In this document: one piece after another, positions 24,565 through 32,000 of the stretch
Layout of the letters: each line of letters starts with the position of its first letter
Position numbering within the stretch: position 1 is the first letter of the stretch
Assembly: GCF_005696695.1 (NCBI RefSeq)
Contig: NZ_CP040006.1
Location: 1,350,001 to 1,382,000 of the forward strand
Reading direction: 5' to 3'
Length of the DNA stretch: 32,000 nucleotides
Origin: Schaalia odontolytica
GTDB lineage: Bacteria; Actinomycetota; Actinomycetes; Actinomycetales; Actinomycetaceae
Made by a program: the position numbers and the translations under genes
The notes under the pieces: generated by a model
The model's database searches: none
What the model was told of the DNA's origin: nothing
What the model saw: the letters and a program-made list of their open reading frames with translations, nothing else

Positions 24565-25815
24565 ATGATTGAGCTCGAATTGCTCGGGACCAGCGCCGAT
24601 GGCGAGTCCCTGGTGCTCACCGATGCCCAGGGTGAACGCTATTCGGTGTTGATTTCCGATGAGCTCCGCGGCGCGACGCGCCGTGATCGTCCGCGAGTGG
24701 AGCTGGCGCCCGCTCGTCCGACCCTCGCTCCTCGCGATATTCAGGCTCTCCTGCGCGCCGGCGCAACACCGGCAGAGATCGCGGAGCAGCACGGCATGGA
24801 GGTCAGTGCGGTTGAGCGTTTTGAGGCTCCCGTGCAGGCCGAGAAGGATTATGCGCTGACGCGCGCCCGCGCCGTTCGCATTGGCGACGGCGGCCCTACG
24901 ATGGGCGACCTCGTTCTGGATCGACTGGCGGCGCGCGGCGTCGACCCGTCGTCTCTGGAGTGGACCGCGACGCGCGAGGCCGGGGAGCCCTGGCAGATCA
25001 TCGTGACCTTCGTGCAGGGTGCGGCCGAGCACGCCGCCCACTGGCACCTGTCGAACTCCGGTTCGCTCGAGGCGATCGATCAGGAGGCTCAGTGGCTGAC
25101 TGAGCAGGTGTCCGCTTCCCCGACGGCGTCGATCTTCACTCCGATGCCGCGCACCGCGCCAGCTCCCATCGTCGATCCCAGCGCTGAGGACCTGCGTAAC
25201 CGCGAGGCCATCATCGACCAGCTCAATGCCGTGCGCGGTAAGCGCCAGCAGATTGATTTAGACCTGGACGATGAGGTCGACGAGGAGGCCGAGTACCTGG
25301 CAGCTATCGCCGGCGAGGAGGAGGCTCCCACGACGGAGCCCGACACGTCGACGGGCCCGATTTCCGCGCGCATCTATTCCCTCGCGTCGGCGCGGACTAA
25401 GGCGGAGGCGCCGTCCGAACCCGCCGAGGACACGCTGTTCCCCGCGACCGGTCAGATCCCGTCTGCCCGTCCGACGCAAACGGGCGCCATCCCGGTAGCG
25501 TCCCGCTCCCCCAAGACCGAGGCCCCGGCCTCGTCGGGCGTGCTCCCGTGGCTGTCCGATACCCCCGCGTCCTCCGGTGAGGACAAGGGCGGCGAGGAGC
25601 CGAAGGCCGAAGAGCAGGCGACCCCCGCGATCCCCATGAAGGCTGTGTCGCCGTCCGATTCCACTGACTCCGCTCCTGCCGAGGCAGAGGAGAGCGCAAC
25701 CGGGTCCGTCCCCGCGCAGGGCGTGACGGGTTCGAGGATGGCGCGCGCTTCCTCGAAGAAGACCCGCCGGTCGGTCCCCAGCTGGGACGAGATCCTGTTC
25801 GGCTCGAAGTCGTAA
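24565..25815 (+). CDS. sepH: Septation protein SepH (DUF3071 N-terminal domain plus a disordered Pro/Ala/Ser/Glu-rich tail), 416 aa
   Basis: N-terminus MIELELLGTSADGESLVLTDAQGERYSVLISDELRGATRR and the HTH-like block PRDIQALLRAGATPAEIAEQHGMEVSAVERFEAPV. The C-terminus ends KKTRRSVPSWDEILFG. GAGGAGGA lies 5 nt upstream of the ATG. Confidence 0.85.
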   Translation: MIELELLGTSADGESLVLTDAQGERYSVLISDELRGATRRDRPRVELAPARPTLAPRDIQALLRAGATPAEIAEQHGMEVSAVERFEAPVQAEKDYALTRARAVRIGDGGPTMGDLVLDRLAARGVDPSSLEWTATREAGEPWQIIVTFVQGAAEHAAHWHLSNSGSLEAIDQEAQWLTEQVSASPTASIFTPMPRTAPAPIVDPSAEDLRNREAIIDQLNAVRGKRQQIDLDLDDEVDEEAEYLAAIAGEEEAPTTEPDTSTGPISARIYSLASARTKAEAPSEPAEDTLFPATGQIPSARPTQTGAIPVASRSPKTEAPASSGVLPWLSDTPASSGEDKGGEEPKAEEQATPAIPMKAVSPSDSTDSAPAEAEESATGSVPAQGVTGSRMARASSKKTRRSVPSWDEILFGSKS

Positions 25816-25830
25816 TCCGAGCAAACGCCG

Positions 25831-25858
25831 AGCGGCCGCCCATTAAGGAGCGGCCGCT
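25831..25858. terminator. Hairpin between convergent sepH and the phosphodiesterase gene
   Basis: AGCGGCCGC (25831-25839) pairs with GCGGCCGCT (25850-25858) around a 10-nt loop. The U-tail is weak. Confidence 0.5.
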
Positions 25859-25880
25859 TCGTGTATGTCCCGTAGTCGTC

Positions 25881-27029
25881 CTACGACAGGACGATGACGG
25901 GGATGCGCATCTCCGTCGAGGTGAGCGAGCCGTGAACGCCCGGCATCGCGATCGCCGAGGCGCTCTGGGTCCGTGAATCCACGATCCCACCGTTTCCTCG
26001 GGCGAGGACCAGCAGGTCGCCGATGATCGATGCACCGTCTCCGGGGCCGATGAGCGCGCCCATCTGGTCGCGCGAGAGGATCCACGCGCTCTCCCCCAGG
26101 ACGTCGCGCCAGCGCGCCTCCACGTCGGCGGCGTGGCCCTCCTGCGCGTGTACGTGCACGGCTCGTGTCTCGCCGGCGACGATGCGCACGCCCTCGCGCA
26201 GAGCGGGCGTCGCGGCCACGTCCACGAGGGCGGAGTGCTCCACGTTGATCATGCCGTGGTCAGCCGTCATGACGGTCCGCACGCCCGCGGGTAGGCCGCG
26301 CAGCAGCGCGGACAGCCCCGCGTCGAATTCTTCGAGGCAGCCGATCCACGCGTCCGATCCGACGCCGGAGCTGTGGCCGGCGTGGTCGATCTCGGACCAG
26401 TAGAGGTAGACGACGGGCGTGCCGGCGCGCAGCTCGCGCAGCGCGGCGCTCACGCGGTCACTGAGCGACTCTGCGGGCACGTGGCGTGCTCCGCGCAGCG
26501 CCGCTCCCGTCAGCCCGGAACCGGCAAAGCGCGCGGGCGAGATGACGGCGGAGGACACGCCCACCGCAGCCAGGCGCTCAAAGTAGGTGGGCGTGGGCTG
26601 CCACTCGGTGGGCGCCGGCCCACCCTCCATGGCCAGCAGGTTCATGATGCTGCCGCCGTAGGCGACGGAGAAGCCCACCATGTTGGTGGTGCCGGGGCGT
26701 GCACCCGTGCCAAAAGCCGTGATGGCCGCGGCGGTCGTCGAGGGGACGACCGTGTGGATCGAGCGAATATCGTCTCGCACGCGGCGCAGCGTCGGCGTGT
26801 GCCCCAAGTGATCCTGGATCAGCTCGTATCCGAGCCCGTCCACGAGGATGAGGAGCAGCTGCTCAGCCCCGGCCTCGATCCCGAGGGCGCCGCCCGCCTG
26901 CGGGGAGGCGCCGGGCAGAGAGGAATCGATCGACGAGAGGGCACCAGCGATGACGTCCGTAATGACCGGATCGCCCGCGCCGGGCAGGTCGGCGCCGGGC
27001 AGGTCCAGCGTCAGTTCACGCTCACTCAC
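25881..27029 (-). CDS. Alkaline-phosphatase-superfamily protein (nucleotide pyrophosphatase/phosphodiesterase-like), 382 aa
   Basis: Metal and nucleophile blocks LILVDGLGYE, VVPSTTAAAITAFGTG, WSEIDHAGH and VMTADHGM. Confidence 0.8.
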   Translation of the reverse strand: MSERELTLDLPGADLPGAGDPVITDVIAGALSSIDSSLPGASPQAGGALGIEAGAEQLLLILVDGLGYELIQDHLGHTPTLRRVRDDIRSIHTVVPSTTAAAITAFGTGARPGTTNMVGFSVAYGGSIMNLLAMEGGPAPTEWQPTPTYFERLAAVGVSSAVISPARFAGSGLTGAALRGARHVPAESLSDRVSAALRELRAGTPVVYLYWSEIDHAGHSSGVGSDAWIGCLEEFDAGLSALLRGLPAGVRTVMTADHGMINVEHSALVDVAATPALREGVRIVAGETRAVHVHAQEGHAADVEARWRDVLGESAWILSRDQMGALIGPGDGASIIGDLLVLARGNGGIVDSRTQSASAIAMPGVHGSLTSTEMRIPVIVLS

Positions 27030-27558
27030 TGCGGGTCCCCATCAGGCGAGCGAGATGATCGACGAAGACCATTGCCTCGTCGAGAGCATCCTGACCGTCG
27101 GCGGCCGCGGAGATGCGGAAGGTCATGTCGTCGGGGAAGGACGTGCCCGTCAGGCCGTGGTCGGCCATGCAATTCGGGTCGTCGCAGCGGGCGGGCTCGA
27201 GCTCAAGGCGGCGCGCGCCCTTCAGGTCCAGGGCGATCGTCATCTCGGACAGGCCGCTCGCGTTCTCGGGGTCCGTGTAGACCTCCATCGTGGAGTACCC
27301 GGCGATGTCGCCCACGCGGTGCACGGCCGTCGCGATCGTCGCCGATCCGCCGTCCATCTCGTCGACGTGGAGCTGAACGATGGCGCGGTCCGTCAGCGAG
27401 GCGACCGTCAGGTGTCGGAAGACCGATCCGCGGTCGAAACCCGTATCCACCTGGCACAGCGTCGCCAGCGGCTCCGCGGCGCCCAGAGCGCGGCGCAGCG
27501 CACGCTGCACGGCCTTGGGGTAGAAGCCCCCACGTTCGATACGGGTCCATGTGTCCAT
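27022..27558 (-). CDS. DUF5998-family protein, about 178 aa
   Basis: I chose the start at ATG 27558 (MDTWTRIERGGFYPKAV...). The ORF-track start at 27678 would overlap the divergent topoisomerase gene. There is an 8-nt overlap with the downstream phosphodiesterase gene. Confidence 0.65.
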   Translation of the reverse strand: MDTWTRIERGGFYPKAVQRALRRALGAAEPLATLCQVDTGFDRGSVFRHLTVASLTDRAIVQLHVDEMDGGSATIATAVHRVGDIAGYSTMEVYTDPENASGLSEMTIALDLKGARRLELEPARCDDPNCMADHGLTGTSFPDDMTFRISAAADGQDALDEAMVFVDHLARLMGTRSE

Positions 27559-27625
27559 GCCCCAATTGTGCCCCGAAGCGGCGCGCCAGTCGAAATGAGC
27601 GCCAAGCCGCGCAATAATTGCGCGT

Positions 27626-30094
27626 ATGGCTAAGAAGGACCAGGTCGTCGACATCCCTGAGAAGGACGAGAACATCACAGAGATCGACGTGTCCGATGAG
27701 ATGCGTGGGTCCTTCCTGGAGTATGCCGTCTCGGTGATCTACGCTCGCGCGCTCCCCGACGCGCGCGACGGCCTCAAGCCCGTGCAGCGCCGCATCCTGT
27801 TCCAGATGGATCAGATGGGGCTGCGCCCCGACAAGGGACACGTGAAGTCCCAGCGCGTCGTCGGCGAGGTCATGGGTAAGCTCCACCCGCACGGCGATTC
27901 CGCGATTTACGAGGCCCTGGTGCGCCTCGCGCAGCCCTTCAACCTGCGCGTTCCCCTGGTTGACGGCCACGGTAACTTCGGATCTCTGGACGACGGCCCT
28001 GCCGCCGCTCGTTACACCGAGGCGCGCATGGCACCCGCCGCTCTGGACCTGGTGACGGGTCTGGATGAGGACACGGTCGATTTCGTCCCCAACTACGACA
28101 ACCAGTTCATGCAGCCGGACGTCTTGCCGGCGGCCTTCCCCCAGCTCCTGGTCAACGGCGCCTCGGGCATCGCCGTGGGTATGGCGACGAATATCGCCCC
28201 GCATAACCTGTCGGAGACGATCGCTGGCGCTATCCACCTGCTGGATAACCCGTCGGCGTCCGTCGCCGACCTCATGCGCTACATCCCCGGCCCCGACCTG
28301 CCCGAGGGCGGCGTCATCGTCGGCCTCGAGGGCATCAAAGAAGCCTACGAAGCCGGCCGAGGCGCGTTCAAGACCCGCGCGAAGGTCCAGATCGAGCGCG
28401 TGACCGCCCGCAAGATGGGCATCATCGTCACGCAGCTGCCCTACATGGTCGGCCCGGAAAAGGTCATCGAAAAGATCAAGGAGAACGCGAACGCGGGACG
28501 CCTTAAGGGCATTTCCTCGGTTCAGAACCTCACCGACCGTATCCACGGCCTGCGCCTGGTCATCGAAGTAAAGAACGGCTTCAACCCCGAGGCCGTGCTC
28601 CAGCAGCTCTACCAGCGCACGCCTCTGGAGGATTCCTTCTCGATCAACGCGGTGGCGCTCGTGGGCGGCCAGCCGCGCACGCTGGGCCTGAAGGAGATGC
28701 TGCAGGTCTTCCTGGATCACCGCCTGGATGTCACGACACGCCGCAGCCGCTTCCGCCTGAAGAAGTGCGAGGATCGCCTGCACCTGGTCGAGGGCCTGCT
28801 CATCGCGATCCTGGACATCGACGACGTTATCGCCATCATTCGCTCCTCCGATGACGCGGAGATCGCGCGCGAGCGCCTCATGACGGCCTTCGACCTGTCC
28901 GAGGCCCAGGCCAACTACATCCTCGAGCTGCGCCTGCGTCGCCTCACGAAGTTCTCGCGCATCGAGCTGGAGACCGAGCGCGATGAGCTGCTGGCAAAGA
29001 TCGCTTCGCTGCGCGAGATCCTGGAGGATCCAGAGCTGCTGCGCGCGCTCGTGAAGAAGGAGCTGCGCGAGGTCTCGGATCGCCTGGGCACGCCGCGTCG
29101 CACGCTGCTGCTGGCCTCGACGGGCACGCCCGTGGGAGCCGCGTCCGACGATGCCGCACTGGCGGCCCTGCCGTCGGTGTCGCGGTCCGGTAAGGGCCTT
29201 GACCTGCAGATCCCGGACGACCCGTGCGTCGTGGTCCTGTCCTCCTCGGGCGCTCTCGCCCGCGTCGAGGGCGGGGACCCGCTGGAGCCCGGTCCGCGCG
29301 CGGCGTCGGACGGCTGGCGCGTACAGCTGCCGTCGACGGCCCGCTCGCAGGTGGCCGTGGTGACGGAGGACGGCGTCGCCCACCGCATCGACGTCGTGGA
29401 TCTACCGGCGCTCCCCCGCTTTGAGACGGGCCTGTCGCTCGCCGGCGCCATGCCTGCGTCGCTCCTCCTGCACACGGACGTTCCCGCAGTGGGCCTGCTC
29501 GATCCCGAAGGCACCGACGTGGTCGCGATGGGCACGGCTCGCGGCACGGTCAAGCGCCTGCGCCCGGACGTGCTGCAGCGCGACGAGTGGGAGGTCATCG
29601 CCCTGGAGGACGGCGATCGCCTGGTGGGCTTCGATCGCTGCTCGGACGAGGCGGACCTGGTGTTTATTTCGTCGGACGCGCAGCTGCTGCGTACCCCCGC
29701 CGCGAAGGTGCGCCCGCAGGGTCGCACGGCCGGCGGCATGGCCGGCATGAAGCTGAACCCTGGGGCCGAGGCCCTGGGCTTCTGGGTGGTCGAAGCTCCC
29801 ATCGACGCCGTCGTGGTGACGGTGGCCGCGGCGCTCGGCGCGCTGCCGGGCACGGGCCAGACGACTGTGAAGGTGACGCCTTTCGAGTGCTACCCCACGA
29901 AGGGTCGAGGCGGCCAGGGCGTGCGCTGCCAGCGCTTCCTGCGCGGCGAGGATCGCCTGGATATCGCTTGGGTGGGCACCAAGCCGGCACGGGCCGCGTC
30001 CGCGGATGGTTCGCCTGTGGAGCTTCCCGCTGAGGATGAGCGCCGCGACGGCTCGGGTGTACCGATCACCTTTGCGATCGCATCGATCGGCTGA
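27626..30094 (+). CDS. Type IIA topoisomerase subunit A (GyrA/ParC family; topo IV subunit A-like), 822 aa
   Basis: [28 protein letters not shown], the catalytic Tyr in [10 protein letters not shown], and a C-terminal beta-pinwheel-like region. Confidence 0.92.
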   Translation: MAKKDQVVDIPEKDENITEIDVSDEMRGSFLEYAVSVIYARALPDARDGLKPVQRRILFQMDQMGLRPDKGHVKSQRVVGEVMGKLHPHGDSAIYEALVRLAQPFNLRVPLVDGHGNFGSLDDGPAAARYTEARMAPAALDLVTGLDEDTVDFVPNYDNQFMQPDVLPAAFPQLLVNGASGIAVGMATNIAPHNLSETIAGAIHLLDNPSASVADLMRYIPGPDLPEGGVIVGLEGIKEAYEAGRGAFKTRAKVQIERVTARKMGIIVTQLPYMVGPEKVIEKIKENANAGRLKGISSVQNLTDRIHGLRLVIEVKNGFNPEAVLQQLYQRTPLEDSFSINAVALVGGQPRTLGLKEMLQVFLDHRLDVTTRRSRFRLKKCEDRLHLVEGLLIAILDIDDVIAIIRSSDDAEIARERLMTAFDLSEAQANYILELRLRRLTKFSRIELETERDELLAKIASLREILEDPELLRALVKKELREVSDRLGTPRRTLLLASTGTPVGAASDDAALAALPSVSRSGKGLDLQIPDDPCVVVLSSSGALARVEGGDPLEPGPRAASDGWRVQLPSTARSQVAVVTEDGVAHRIDVVDLPALPRFETGLSLAGAMPASLLLHTDVPAVGLLDPEGTDVVAMGTARGTVKRLRPDVLQRDEWEVIALEDGDRLVGFDRCSDEADLVFISSDAQLLRTPAAKVRPQGRTAGGMAGMKLNPGAEALGFWVVEAPIDAVVVTVAAALGALPGTGQTTVKVTPFECYPTKGRGGQGVRCQRFLRGEDRLDIAWVGTKPARAASADGSPVELPAEDERRDGSGVPITFAIASIG

Positions 30095-30111
30095 CGCGTC
30101 CTTCTAGTCAT

Positions 30112-30153
30112 AACGGTGGGGTGGCCGGGAATTCTCCCGGCCACCCCACCGTT
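30112..30153. terminator. Strong hairpin after the topoisomerase gene
   Basis: 19-bp arms AACGGTGGGGTGGCCGGGA and TCCCGGCCACCCCACCGTT with an ATTC loop, followed by GTCTCTGTC. Confidence 0.65.
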
Positions 30154-30178
30154 GTCTCTGTCATCGTGCAGATATGAC

Positions 30179-30208
30179 TGTGGGCCCAGCCAATCGGCCG
30201 GGCCCACA
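30179..30208. terminator. Second hairpin, probably the terminator of the minus-strand sugar operon
   Basis: TGTGGGCCC (30179-30187) pairs with GGGCCCACA (30200-30208) around a 12-nt loop, 27 nt past the kinase stop. Confidence 0.45.
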
Positions 30209-30234
30209 CCCATCAGTTGAGGAACGCTCCCCCG

Positions 30235-31185
30235 TCAGCCTCGCAGCGTCGGGTCGGCGGCCAGAATGCCGGCAACCTCCTCGCGCGTGGGCGAGTACGC
30301 GCCCTGGTGCAAGATGGTGATGCCGGAGGTGATGATGCCTCGGTGAATGGCGGGCAGGATCTGGTCCCACGAGGCCTCGCGCAGACGCTGCTTCGCCTCG
30401 CCGGAACCCAGGAGTCCCGCGTCCACGAGGCCGGAGATGAGGCCGGCCATGAGCGAGTCGCCCGCGCCCACGGTGTCCACCAGCTCAACGTCCAGCGGGT
30501 CGACAACCATCATGTCGCGCTCGGCGGCAGCCTTGATGTAGACGCCCCAGGGGCCGCGCGTGCACAGGATCAGCGACGGGCCGGACTGCGCCCACTCGCG
30601 GATGACGTCCTCGACGGGACGGCCCGGGTAGAGCCACTCGAGATCCTCGTCGGATGCCTTCACGACGTCCGCGAGGGCCACGATCGCCTCGATGTGCGGG
30701 CGGGCCTCGTCGGGCGTACCCAGGAGAGCGGGGCGAATGTTCGGGTCGTAGGACACGGTGCCGCGGATGGCTTGGCGCTTGACAGCGGCCAGGACCTTGT
30801 CGGCGCCGGGCTCGACGACGACCACGTAGGAGCCGGTGTGGACGTGCCCAACGGTGTCCGGGTCCTCGACGGCGGGAACGTCCCACGAGAGGTCGAACTC
30901 GTAGGTGGCGTGCCCCTTCTCGTCGACGGCGGCGTGGGCCACCGTGGTGAATTCGGCGCCGTCACTGCCGGGCGTCAGGGTGACACCGGCGGCCTCGGCG
31001 TGAGCGCGCACCTTATCGCCGCGAGCGTCACGGGCGAACCACGTCGCCAGCTCGGATTCGTGGCCGAGCCGGGTCAGGCCGGCTGCGACGTTGAGCATCG
31101 ATCCCCCGACAACTTCGACGGGTTCACTGTTTGGGCGGGTGATCTCGTCGATGAGAGCTTCCCCGATGTTCACGATCCTAGTCAT
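30235..31185 (-). CDS. PfkB-family carbohydrate kinase (fructokinase-like), 316 aa
   Basis: N-terminus NIGEALIDEI, the PfkB signature DTVGAGDSLMAGLISGL, and an 8-nt overlap with the upstream transporter gene. Confidence 0.85.
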   Translation of the reverse strand: MTRIVNIGEALIDEITRPNSEPVEVVGGSMLNVAAGLTRLGHESELATWFARDARGDKVRAHAEAAGVTLTPGSDGAEFTTVAHAAVDEKGHATYEFDLSWDVPAVEDPDTVGHVHTGSYVVVVEPGADKVLAAVKRQAIRGTVSYDPNIRPALLGTPDEARPHIEAIVALADVVKASDEDLEWLYPGRPVEDVIREWAQSGPSLILCTRGPWGVYIKAAAERDMMVVDPLDVELVDTVGAGDSLMAGLISGLVDAGLLGSGEAKQRLREASWDQILPAIHRGIITSGITILHQGAYSPTREEVAGILAADPTLRG

Positions 31186-32000
31186 TGGTCAACCCCAGCT
31201 TCTCTTCCATTTCTTCGAGCGGAATGCCCTTCGTTTCGGGCATGACCTTCAGCACCCAGAATAGCTGACCAACCATCGCGAGGAAGAAGATTCCAAAAGC
31301 GTAGCCACCACCGAGTTTATCGGTGAGCACAGGGAAGGCGTAGGTGGTAATGAAGGCGAACACCCAGTGCGTGAGCGAGCCCAGGGACTGGCCGCGGGCG
31401 CGCACGCGGTTGGGGAAAATTCCGAGATGAACACCCAGATGACGGAACCCTGGCCGAAGGCGTGCGAGGCGATGAAGCCGAGCAATCCGAGGAGGATCAG
31501 CCAGACGGGAGCGGCACTGCCCTCCTCGAAGTAGCCGCCCTCGTAGGCGAACATCATGCCCGCCAGGAAGCCGAGCGAGATCAGGTAGCCGATCGAGCCA
31601 ACGATCATGAGCTGGCGGCGGCCGATGCGGTCGATGACGGTGAGGGCGGCCATCGTAGCGACCAGGTTCATGAGACCGACGATGACGGATCCGATGTAGG
31701 GGAAGGCGTCTCCCAGGACTGCGGCACCGCCCGCGAGCTTCATGACCTTAGGCGCGTAGTAGAGGATCGCGTTGATGCCCGATAGCTGGTTGAACATCGC
31801 GATACAGAAGGCCATGAGGATGACCTTGCGGTAGCGGCGCGTGAAGAAGGGAACCTTGCCACCTGCCGCGTCCTCGGCGATCTGTGCCTTCATTTCGCCG
31901 ATCTGTTCATCGCATTCGGCCTGAGAGGCAGTCAGGTGTTCAGAAATCTTCACGGCGAGTTCTTCACGGCCGTGGGCGAGCAGCCAGCGCGGTGTCTCGG
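31178..32000 (-). pseudogene. MFS sugar porter (5' end beyond the right edge) interrupted by a 1-nt frameshift near 31412-31421
   Basis: The upstream frame reads ...ETPRWLLAHGREELAVKISEH...FNQLSGINAILYYAP...GQGSVIWVFISE. The conserved continuation (I)FPNRVRARGQSLGSLTHWV...PETKGIPLEEME sits in the -1 frame. The junction is GGAATTTTCCCCAAC. Confidence 0.75.

Noticed and set aside
27559-27678. Longer N-terminus for the DUF5998 ORF
   Set aside because: It would overlap the divergently transcribed topoisomerase gene start (27626) and encodes an implausible leader. The ATG at 27558 gives the expected family-like N-terminus.
31412-31421. Programmed -1 ribosomal frameshift in the MFS transporter
   Set aside because: The site (TCG GAA TTT TCC) is not a canonical X XXY YYZ slippery heptamer and I see no obvious downstream stimulatory structure. 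A 1-nt indel or a homopolymer sequencing error is more parsimonious.

Overview
High-GC actinobacterial chromosome, with an Actinomycetaceae-like feel (LAKTG-anchored adhesins, many GTG/TTG starts). From about 7.6 to 30 kb the window is a conserved core block. As far as I recall it is collinear with the Mycobacterium tuberculosis Rv2680-Rv2700 neighbourhood: glgX, DUF3000, RNase D-like, dxs (opposite strand), S9 peptidase, ClC channel, TrmA-family methyltransferase, APC-type permease, two trkA genes, DUF3159, OB-fold protein, DUF3710, DUF4193 and sepH. This is followed by an alkaline-phosphatase-superfamily protein, DUF5998, a topo IV subunit A-like gene, a PfkB sugar kinase and a frameshifted MFS sugar porter that runs off the right edge. 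The left part (about 1.1-7.5 kb) looks accessory. It holds two tandem paralogous Cna/MSCRAMM-like surface adhesins with LAKTG sorting signals, one carrying a long 36-bp-period Pro-Thr repeat. Each has an AT-rich upstream region and a hairpin terminator. Next comes a roughly 1.6 kb tract with no credible ORF that is packed with long hairpins and phased short repeats, and then a five-gene tRNA cluster (Gly-Val-Gly-Cys-Val). I found no recognisable defence system, CRISPR array, integrase, transposase or prophage gene. The least explained and most interesting part is the non-coding repeat and hairpin tract at about 5.5-7.0 kb, especially the 20-bp-phased ACGTGCG-type array at 6000-6157. All family names come from motif recognition by eye and recalled synteny. 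No database search was possible.
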